64,000 nt of DNA from Geosiphon pyriformis uo1 (taxonomy: Eukaryota > Fungi > Glomeromycota), in assembly GCA_016748015.1 (NCBI GenBank), contig JAAOMT010000254.1, positions 210,532 to 274,531 of the forward strand. The letters run 5' to 3'. Numbering within the stretch: position 1 is the first letter of the stretch; the number at the start of each line of letters is the position of its first letter. Shown here piece by piece: positions 25,140 through 35,879 of this stretch. A program made the translations under genes and the position numbers. The notes under the pieces were generated by a model, which saw only the letters and a program-made list of their open reading frames with translations, was not told the DNA's origin and did no database searches.

Positions 25140-25805
25140 TGTTATGGGTTAGAGTAACAAGCTAATGGATAGCAAGAGAAAACAGGATTGTAGGGTAATA
25201 AAAGGAATCAAAGAGAATTCAACTTTAAAGAGTGAATTAAATGAGTATGGATTCAATGTACAAGATCAGTCTCATAAAATATCTCAGTTGCTATACTTTT
25301 TAAAAGATTACTGAGGAATCTAAAGGTAAAAAAATAGTCTATACTGTCAACAAATGATCACACACTGGTATAATTCTATGTCTCATGTTTATGCTCTTAG
25401 AATTCAATATCAGATATCAGATATATTCTTTAGTCACATTTTATTTAATAATTTTCAAATGCTGCAATTACACATTTCAGAAAAAGTGTAAGAAATAACC
25501 AACAAGTAGTTTTTTATCCCAAGATGTTTGAATACTTGAAAGTAGGGAAAGAGAATTTAGCAATAAAAGAAGGATTGAGATGAAGTTGTTATTTTATTTC
25601 TTTTTTTTCCTTAATTTTTACATGCTTTTCTATAGCTAAAAAATTCATTGCTTATATAGCTATCAAAAGTGGTCAATAATCAGGTTAACAACTAGATCAA
25701 TGATCAAGTCAATGATTACTATTTAAAAATAGAGTGGCTAATTATATAATATCAGTAACTAATACATGTAATAATTAATAAAAAGTATAAGTTTTAACTA
25801 TAATA
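25140..25805 (-). repeat. 5' LTR of C-a
   Basis: Reverse complement of 61436-62127; followed on the minus strand by PBS. Confidence 0.9.
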
Positions 25806-26784
25806 ATACTCTCATAAACAAACATGATAATAGACTTGAACAACTACTCTGCCTTAATAGAATTTTTAGGTAAAAGACAATACCCACCAGAATATATTTG
25901 ACAGCAAAGAGAATATTTATGCAAACAATCAAATTTTTATTTAATTTGTCAGAACCAATTATATAAAAAAAATAAAAAAGATCTTTACCACTCTTAAGAA
26001 AAATTGTAATATACAACATGTATACTGACCCATTAGCAAAATACTTTGAAAAAACAAAAACAATTCAGAAAATCTTAGCTCATTATTATTGGTTTATCTT
26101 GAGAAAAGACATTGCTAAATACATTAAAACCTGTAACATTTGCCAAAGAAGAGACAAATCCAATTGAAAAAAAAATATCAATCCAATCTTTGTTGGTCAA
26201 CCATTTAATAAAATTGGTATAAATGTTGTTGGATCTTTAACAATAACTTCTAATAACAACAGATATATTATTACAGCTACTGACTATCTTACAAAGTGAG
26301 TAGAAGCAAAAGCCACCCAGATCAAACAACAGTCTCAATAGCCAATTTCATTTATAAAGATATCATCTGCCATCATGGCTGCCCTAAAAAACTTTTATCT
26401 AATAAAAAAAGAGCTTTTCTCAGTATACTGGTTAAAAAACTTTGCAGAAAAATGGGAATATGTTATAAACTTTTCTCTTCTTACCACCTTCAAACAAATG
26501 GCCTAGTAGAACATTTCAATAAAACACTATACAAAATCTTAACCAAAACCAGTAAAGAAACAAACTTATAGGACAAAGTACTGTTTTTAGTTTTGTTTGC
26601 TTATAGAACTGTAAATCATGACATAACAAGTTATGAATCTTTTTATCTGCTCTATGAACACATAACAACACTACCAATAGAAATTAATATTGAAACAATA
26701 CTCTTTAAAGAAATCACAATAGAAAATTATAAAGACATTTTACAAAGAAAACTTGATACCATTTTTAATTTATTGGTAAAAGCA

Positions 26785-29209
26785 GTTAGTGTAATAATTT
26801 TTTCTCTCCTAAATTTTATGACCACGATTAGAGCTGAGAGTAAAAAAGTTGCAAATGTTATTTTTCTTATTGTAACTAATAAAAGTTCAACATGAAAGGG
26901 TCTCTCTGTTATTAAAGCAGTTAGACAAAACGTTCTGGCTATATTTCCTTTAAAAAACATTAGTGAAAAGCTGCCTTTAACAGCTTTTGGTTCATTTTCT
27001 TTTCCTTTGGCTGAAAGTTCTTCTCTAGTCAAAGTTCCTTCAAAAAGGCACACTTGGGTTAGTCCCAGTGTTGTTTTTTCCACTTCAAAAAGCCCAAAAA
27101 TTTTTAATAACAGATCAGTCAACAAGTTGGTTTTTCCTGCTTTTACCACTACCACTATTTCTGCTATTATTACTGCTTCATAAATGGCTGCAAAGCCAAA
27201 AATTCCAAAAAACAGCAGCAAGCAGTCACAACTGCTATGGTAACACTAAACTTCTTTGTGGTTCCAGATGAGATCTTGAAAAAGATCTCCACAGCAGCAG
27301 TCAGCTCTCTTCCTGATATGAATAGTAACAGCAACAGCATATCTTACAAGATAAAAAAAGATCAATTACAGGCTGTGTTGCCTGATATGGTACTCTCTGG
27401 CAGATTTTTATCTGTCATAATAACAAAACAGTTTATCACTCCAAATGATCTTAAAGATTGGACTGATCAGATGGAAATGGAATCAACTGCTTCTCTCTCA
27501 GTTTTTGGCACTGCTGATAGTGGTGCTTAGAAGAATGTAAATGGTTGTCAAAAGTTCTCTGGTTGGATGGCCTCCAATCTTGTGCCTGATAGTACATTTA
27601 AGATCAAAATAGCCCTGCTTGGTTTCTTGTTTCAGTTGCTGCTTGGTTGTATTGAGCTTAAATTAGTTTCATGAGATGTTGTTAAGTTGTTCTGTATGGA
27701 ATTTGCATCTCAGGAAAGTCTAAATGGTGCCATTAAAGTGGTTATTGGTGAAGAAGTTTTTCTGACCACTCTTAAGATTGCACAGTCTTCTGGTGTGGCC
27801 TCTGTGTCTTTCCCTTCTCTGTCTGTTGTACTTCATGATGTTCTCTTGGATACCTCTCCTAATAACATCAAAGCTGCTTTTGGCATTTTTGGTGTTGTTA
27901 CTTCTGTTAAGTTGAAGCCAGATGGCTTGTGACAATACACTGTGGTTTACTTCAAAGACATTTTTTCTGCTGCTAAGGCTCTCAAACACTGGTCTGTGCT
28001 GGTCAAAAAAAATAATGTCAGAATTTTTCCTGTATTTAACCAAAGAGAGGTTATTGTTTCAAGAAATGCATTTAAAGCTAAGTTGGTTAATCTTCTCTTT
28101 GGCTGTACTGTCTTTGAAATTAGTGATTTGGTTTTCCAGGTTGGTGGCCAAACCTGTTTCATTTCTCAATCTCTTAATTTATACTGACATCAATGTTTTG
28201 TTGTGATTACTTTTAATTCTAAAATTCTTGGACAATGCTGTGTTAAAAACTGGTACTTTGCATAATTACTGTATCTGATGGGAGACTTCTGGATGTTGTC
28301 ACTGTTACAGGTGTCAAAATTTGGATTATTTAGCTGTGGACTGCAAGATGTCACCACCTCTTCCTCCCAAGTCTGTTTCCAACTTTATTGGTGGTCCCAA
28401 AGTTTTCAAGTCTTTATTCACTGGAGCTAAGTCTTATGCCAAAGCTATTGCCTTTGTGGTTTCTCCTGCTGCTGCTGCTGCTGGTATAGATCCTGTTTTG
28501 GATTCACCCCTCAAAGTTGTAATACTCATAGTTTCTGGCATATTCCCTGTTCCAATTGCTGTTGTTGAATCCAGATTGGCTTTTATGGAATCCCATCTCA
28601 ATGAGTTGGCATTGTTGGTTAAGTCTATAATTGAACCTGTTGGTTTTCTGATTGTGCTGGTTACTAAATTGCTATCTACTTCACCAGCTGTGGACATAAC
28701 ATTAAGGGAAAGTGTGATGGGTTTGGAAAGACAAGTTAAAGCTGTGGCTGTTGTGGCTTCTATGTTGAATAGAGATGTTAAGTTCTTGACAAAAAAGTGT
28801 GATCGGATCTCCTTGAAAGATGTTTTTGATAATAATGATATGAATGATGACAATAATAAGGTTAAAGACTTTTCAGTCTATAATAACACCTTTGATATGA
28901 TGATGGAACTATAAGAAGTTCAGCCCCCTAGTATCAAATCCAATCCTAATTAGACTGCTAAGTAGATGAGTGGTATGGTTAAGAATAGTCATAAACTTGT
29001 TAGCATTATGGGTAAGATGTATGAGTTTGATATGTTCAATACATTAGGTAGCAAAGGTAGTACTAGTGTATAATTAGGGCTTTCTGCTTATGGTTAGCCA
29101 CATCTTGTAATTTTGTATTATTGGGTGAGCTGGCTTTATAAAACTGTCATATTACTATGGACTTAACTAATAAATAACTGATATGGCTACATATTAACAA
29201 AAAAAAAAA
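26785..29209 (+). mobile_element. ORF1-only retroposon copy H5 (ORF 26818-29073)
   Basis: TSD TTGGTA(A/G)AAGCA at 26773-26784 / 29210-29221; poly(A). Confidence 0.92.
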
Positions 29210-29901
29210 TTGGTAGAAGCATGAATAATTGTCTTTGAAAAAATAAAACAGTTTCAAAAAAAGCTTAAGAAAAAAAAAACTTATAAAACACTTTCTTTAA
29301 GTATTGGTGACTTAGTATTGAAATACTGTTTAAACAGAAACAATGTCTATGGTAATAAATTTTTTAGCTGGTAAAAAGAATCTTTTTTACTCAACAAAGT
29401 TTTTAACAATAGTTCTTATATTCTTTAAGATCCATTCAGAACAATTTTCAATGATTATCTTGTTCATAGTACATTACTCAAAAAATATTATAAATAACTT
29501 AATTGGTTGCCTGTTGTGATAATACTGACTCAAATGATTAACAAAAATCAAGTATAAATAAATACATTATTCCCAAAACAGAAGTATTTTCAATCAACAT
29601 AAACAATTATTTCCTGGATCAAAACATTCAAAATGCCTTTTATACTCTTTATGAGTATTGAATAACAATGGAATACATACTGTTATTAGACCAAAGAAAA
29701 CTATTATTAGAAGAGAAAAAATTGGTAACAAAATGGATAAAAATATGTTAGAAAATATAACAGCAGCTATACTCTTATCTTCCAGCACAATTGGAAAAAC
29801 ACTCCAAGAAATCTTGCTCATAGACAAAAACTTGCCATATAAAACTCTATGGTCACTTTGGTAAAATTATAAAAAACATGAAACTAATGAAGAAAATAAC
29901 T

Positions 29902-32331
29902 AAAACTCTTTTTCTCCTAATTTTTATGATCATAACTAGAGCTAAGAGTAAAAAAGTTGCAAACAGTACTTTTTCTATAGTAATTAATAAAGTTTCAACA
30001 CAAGAGGGTCTCTCTGTTATTGAAGCAGCTAGACAAAACGTTCTGGCAACATTTCCTTTAAAAAATATTAATAAAAAGCTGCCTTTAGTAGCTCTGGTTC
30101 ATTTTCTTCTTTTTTGGCTGGAAGTTCTTTTCCAGTCAAAGTTTCTTCAAAAAAACACACTTGGGTTAGTCTTAGTGTTGTCTTTATTACTTTAAAAAGC
30201 CCAAAGATTTTTAATAACAGACCAGTCAACAAGTTGGTCTTTTCTGCTCTTACTACTCTTACTACTACTACTATTACTACTACTACTACTACTATTACTA
30301 CTATTACTACTGTTTCACAAATGGCTGCAAAAGCAAAAAATTCCAAAAAACAGCAGCAGGCAGTCACAATTACTATGGTCACACCTAACTTCTTTGTGGT
30401 TTCAGATGAGATCTTGGGTAAGATCTCTATAATAGCAGCCAGTCTTTTTCCTGATATGGATAACAACAGCAGCAGCATATCTCCCAAGATAGACCAAGAT
30501 TAACCACTGGCTGTGTTGCCTGATGTGGTAATTTCCAGCAGATCATCACCAATCTCAGAAGCAAAATAGTCCATTATTTCAGATGATCTCAAAGATTGGG
30601 CTGATCAGATGGAAATAGAATTAACTGCTTCTCCCCCATTTTCTGGTGCTGTTGATGGTGGTGCTTGGGAGAATGTAAATAGTCATCAAAAATACACTGG
30701 TTAGATGGCCTCCAATCTAGTACCTGGTACTACATTTAATATCAAGATGGCCCTACTTAGTTTTTTGTTTCAGTTGCTGTCTGGTTGTATTGGGCTTAAG
30801 TCTGTTTTAAAAAATGCTGTTAAGTTGTTCTGTATGGAATTTGCATCTCAAGAAAGTCTAAATGGTGCCACTAAAGTGGCCATTGGTGATGAAGTTTTTT
30901 TGATTATTTTTAAAATTGCATGGTCTTCTGGTGTGGTCTCTGTTTCTTCTCCTTCTTTGTCAGTTGTACTTTGTGATGTGTCTTTTGGCACCTCTTTTGA
31001 TGACATCAAAATTGCTCTTGGCATTTTTGGTGTTGTTACTTCTGTTAAGTTAAAGCCTGCTGGTTTATGGCAATATGCTGTGGTTCATTTCAAAGACACT
31101 TTTTTTGCTGCTGCTGCTTTTACTCACTGGTCTGTGCTGGTTAGGAAAAACAATATTAGAATTCTTCCTGTTATCAACCAAAATGATGTTATTTCTTCAA
31201 GAAATACCTTTAAAGCTAAGTTGATTAATCTTCTCTTTGGCTATACTGCCTTTGAGATAAGTAATTTGGTCTCCCAAGTTGGTGGCCATACATGTTTCAT
31301 TCCTCACTTCCTTGAATCTTACTGATGTCAATGCTTTGCTGTAGTTATTTTTGATTTCTTGGAATCTCTGAATGTTGCTGTGTCAAAGACTGGTATCTTA
31401 CATGGTTGCCACATCTGGTGAAAAACTTCTGGATGTTGTCACTGCTACAGGTGTCAAGACTTGGATCATTTGGCTGTAAACTGCAAGGTATTACCTCCAA
31501 TTCTTCTGGTGCCCCCAAAGTTTTCAAACCTTCATTTGCTGGATCTAAATCTTATGCCAAAGCTGCTGCCTTTGTGGTTCCTTCTGTTGCTGCTACTGCT
31601 GATATGGACTTGGATCTTGGTGGTCTCCTCAAAACTACAACACCCATGTTGTTTGCTGTTTTTTCTGCTCCCAATTTTGCTGTTAAATCTAGATTGGCTT
31701 CTCTAAAATCCCATCTTAGTGAACTGTCTGTGTTGATAAAGTTCTTGGTTGAGCCTGTTTGTGCTCTGGTTGTATTAGTTATTAAATTGCTGTCTATTTC
31801 AACTGCCATAGATGTGTCAGTTAAAGAATGTGTGAATGAGTTGGCTAAGCAAAATAAAGGCTTGGCTGCTGTTGCCATTGTAATGCAGAAAAAAATGACA
31901 TGCCTTGAGAAAAAATGTAAATGGGCCTGAATCAGATGATAACATGGTTGATGATGATAATGATAATAATGATAAAAATTTTTCAGTCTATAATAACATT
32001 TTTGATGTTATGATACACTTTTAAAAAGATCAGCCTTCTGAAATCAAATCCAGTCTTAATCAAACTGCTAAGTGAATGAGTGGTATGGTTAAAGATAGTT
32101 ATGAGCTTGTTAGCATTATAAGTAAGATGTATGAATTAGATATGTTTAATACATTAGGTAGCAAAGGTAGTACTAACATGTAGTTAGGGCTTTCTACTTG
32201 TGGTTAGCCATATTTTGTGATTTGTATTATTAAGTAAACTGGCTTTATAAAAGCACCACATTATTGTGAACATAACTAATAAACAACCAGCATAGTTACA
32301 CATTAACAAAAAAAATAAAAAAATAAAAAAA
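29902..32331 (+). mobile_element. ORF1-only retroposon copy H6 (ORF 29926-32183)
   Basis: Homology to H1-H5; A-rich tail; short probable TSD AAA(T/C)AACT. Confidence 0.88.
30250..30311 (+). repeat. (ACT)n microsatellite, in-frame poly-Thr expansion in H6
   Basis: About 20 ACT/ATT triplets; shorter in the other H copies. Confidence 0.85.
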
Positions 32332-32461
32332 ACAACTTCAGAGATATAGGCAGAAATTTTGGACATTATACTGTTATGATTGAAACTTATACTTCTTATT
32401 AATTATCACATGTATTAGCCACTGCTGTCATATAAATTAGCCACTCTATTTTTAGAAAGTG

Positions 32462-32592
32462 ATCATTGACCTGATCAATGACTTGACTGTTGACCTGATT
32501 ATTGACCTGATTATTGACCTGATTAATGACCTGATTATTGACCTAATTATTGACCTGATCATTGATCTGACTATTGATCTGATTATTGACCA
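32462..32592 (+). repeat. 12-bp tandem array (ATTGACCTGATY)n in U3 of the family C LTR, just upstream of a TATA box
   Basis: About 10 units, then GCTATATAAG at ~32601. Confidence 0.9.
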
Positions 32593-32826
32593 CTTTTGAC
32601 AGCTATATAAGTGATGAATCTCTTAGCTGTAGAAAAGCATGTAAGAATAAAAAGAAATAAAAGAAATAAAATAACAACTTCATCTCAATCCTTCTTTTAT
32701 CACTAATTTCTCTTTTCTACTTTCAAGTATCTGAACATCTTAAAGATAAAAGATTACTTGTTGGTTATTTCCTACTCTTTTCCTGAACATGTAATTGCAA
32801 TATTTGGAGATTATTGAATAAAATGT

Positions 32827-33703
32827 TGTTACTCATAGAAATATAGGAAATATATTAGCATAATTATTAGCCAATCAGAAGTAGGCATAGTAAATATGAA
32901 ATTCCAGGATTCCTCTCAGGAATTGCAGGATTCCAGAAATTTTAGGATTCTCTGACAAGGAATTACAGAATTCCAGAATTCCAGGATTCTTCTCAAAAGA
33001 ATTACAGGATTCCAGGAATTCCAGAATTCCTGTCGTGAAGAATTGAGGAATTAAGAAATCTCAATTATATATATATAGCAGCAGAATTAGAAGCTGAAAA
33101 GACAGACCTCTTAGTTTAGATTTAATCTAAGCAATACTCCAAATCACAAGCATCTAATAAATAACTATTTGTTATCTTAAACCCATTTTCACTATCAATA
33201 CTTCATATTGATAGTAATTGATACTTAACCATACTGAAACAATAGCTTTTGATCACGGCTATTGACAGAATACTAACTTGTAAATTGTCTTGGCTTATTT
33301 CTTTTCTTTCTTTATTTTATTTTCTTTTTTTTATTTTCTTACTTTGATTTTATTGTTGTTTACTAACTCTATTGAGGATTAATGCGTGGGGCACTGACGT
33401 TAGGATAAACGTGACTGGTAAAAGACCCAGAAATAAGGATAGAACACTTGATTGAGGATAGCTTACCAAAAGGAATACTGGCCATCAAGCTAAGAAAAAA
33501 ATTGACGAAACTGCGGTTTCGGGAAGCTACGGATAAAACTATTACTATTGAATCTCTGTCTATTATACAAAGAACTCAACCAAACCCTTCAGATACAAAA
33601 CCTTCAGATACCAAACCTTCAGATCATTGACAATGAGAATAGCTTTGAGCACCAAGTTACAGGTTTGTATTTAATTCAACATCAGAAATTGTTACCTGTA
33701 ACA
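32827..33703 (+). repeat. 5' LTR of B
   Basis: TGTTA..TAACA; direct repeat of 42085-42884. Confidence 0.95.
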
Positions 33704-33705
33704 TT

Positions 33706-33722
33706 TGGTGCTTCCTGTGAGG
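33706..33722 (+). promoter_or_regulatory. Primer binding site (tRNA, possibly Ile-UAU)
   Basis: TGGTGCTTCCTGTGAGG, 2 nt after the LTR; near-identical to the family C PBS; tRNA identity from recall only. Confidence 0.8.
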
Positions 33723-33765
33723 TATAATTTTACAGAGAACTAGCACCAACAAACACCATCTAAAA

Positions 33766-35560
33766 GTGACAGAATCAGAAAACATAGGAGCAAACCATTT
33801 AGGATTTGCGAAATCTCTATTTCAACACTATTGTCAACACTTGGGATTAAACCACAATCATATATTTGCCGAATCTGTTTTTAATTTTTACGTCAATGAA
33901 AAGATTTCCTCTTTGTTAGGAACACCAGTGAATACTAAATCAGCCAGGAAAACTTTCTACAGAGAATTAATTCAAAATACTAATCTGCCAACAAATCACA
34001 ATTTTGTCTCCATCATTACTGAGATCAACAAAAAAATTAAACATCACATTCAACAAAAATATCCAATTACTTATGCCAGTAAAGGCAAAAGAAAACTACA
34101 AACACCAGTGGTAATACCCAAAAGGATACAATCACCTACTTGGAAGAAAACAAGAGTTGAATCACCAACTGCTCCATCCTATCACTACACACCAGAAAGC
34201 ACCATCAATATAACATCAGTAAACACATCCACATCAAACACAATATCAACATTTGGACAATTCCCATTTCAAAGTAAACAAAGAAAAACAGATCTACTAA
34301 GACCATACGGCAAATATTTTGAAGGATTTAAGTCATAATCACCAACACCATTAGGAATTCGATTACCACCGCCTCAACCAGACTTTGGAACCACTACCCC
34401 ATGGAAACTATCTAAAGAAGAAGAGGAAAAAGAATTGGAAGATCAAAAATTTACTTACCAAAACCTGATCCTTGAAAACCCGGAATTTAGAATCCTAAAT
34501 GTTCAAACTCAGCAAAAAAATCTGGAAATTGAAATTCCAAATATTCAAGTACCACAAAATCAAAACCCCAAAGTAATTAATCAACACTTACCTCCAATTA
34601 TTGTTATTGATCAACTACCAGTTGAACCAATTGGTCAGCCCATCCAAATACCAAACCAACAAACTCAACAATCACCCTCAGTACCACCTCAACAACAACA
34701 ACAACTTTCACTACAGCAACAACAACAAATGGCATACACACCAATCACGAAGTTCGACAAATTCACTAGCAAAGAAGACAATGCACAAGTTTGGTTGAAT
34801 GATATAGAAAAAGCCATCACAGTCAATGGATGGAATGATGCCAGAGCCATGCAAGCCATACCTTATTTTCTCAAGGATACAGCAGATTCATGGTATCAAA
34901 GCCTGGTCAACAAATTCCAAGATTTCAATGTCTTCAAATTAGAATTTTTGAGATATTTTAGCAATAACAACAGCATCAACAGATTAGCCAACACTTTCAC
35001 TACAATTAAACAAAGAGAAATTGAAGCAGTTACTACATATCTGGGACACTTCCATAGAAATCTGTGACAAATCCAAGCAATTGATGCTAATTATTTCACA
35101 GCACCACAAATTCTCAATCAATTCATCCATGGCCTGTGCAGTAGCATCCTGCAACACGTATGTCCATTGTATCCAGTTACTCTTCAGGATACAGTTACAC
35201 ATGCCAGAGATTTCAAATCTGCCAAATTAGAAGCCAATTATGCCCACACTGTGAACTTAGTGATGAATAGATCATCTGAATTGGATTTTAAATTGAAACA
35301 ATTCAGTGATTCAATTAATCAGAAGTTAGAGGGATACTTAGCTGACAATTGTGCAATTTATCAACCACCACAATGACACAACAATCCAGGAAACACAAAT
35401 TGTTTCCAAAATCAGTCACATTCATCATTAGCATCAGCAGCACCTAATCAGCCATGGCAGCCAGAAACGTGTGTTTGCCACAACTGTGGTAAACAAGAAC
35501 ACATAAGAGCAGACTGCAGATTTTATAGCAACAATTCATGATCAGAAAATCAATATCGAA
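33766..35560 (+). pseudogene. gag: Gag of B (long N-terminal extension, Q/P-rich linker, capsid-like domain, CCHC)
   Basis: AQVWLND..NGWND..ADSWY; CHNCGKQEHIRADC at ~35475-35517. Confidence 0.85.
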
Positions 35561-35879
35561 ACCTCAATCACAGATTTCAAACTCTGAATTGTTACCCAAA
35601 TCAAGATCAAACTACTTACCTGCCAATAATGCAACCACCAATCTATCAACTGCCAGTATATTAACTTTAAATTTATCAACTGCAGCCACCAGTAATCTAT
35701 TAGCCGCAATCCCAAATAATTTATCAACCTTAATCAATTCAAACACTACCCCAAAATTCAGTTAATATGACATCAGACCACCCCAGACCTAGAATCACAC
35801 AAAACTGGAAATCAGCAATGGTTGTCCACTAACCGATCCCCAGTTCTTCCAACTCACTATTAGGATTACGTTCTCGGAA

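Larger units (their letters stand above)
16420..25805 (-). mobile_element. Gypsy family C copy C-a (5' LTR, PBS, gag), split by H2, H3, H4; cut at 16420 by LINE L1
   Basis: gag pieces 24225-25090, 19057-19352 and 16420-16626 match C-c/C-d gag, including CYCCGLTGHFSKDC; PBS 25117-25133. Confidence 0.9.
25806..32371 (+). mobile_element. Gypsy family C copy C-b: integrase (ATG 25824, to ~29555) and start of a 3' ORF; split by H5 and H6
   Basis: Start matches 47515-47607; CNIC, QPFNKIG, DYLTK, HLQTNGLVE motifs; reading resumes after H5. Confidence 0.85.

Noticed and set aside
32462-32592. CRISPR-like periodic repeat
   Set aside because: Head-to-tail 12-mers with no unique spacers, inside LTRs, and no cas genes
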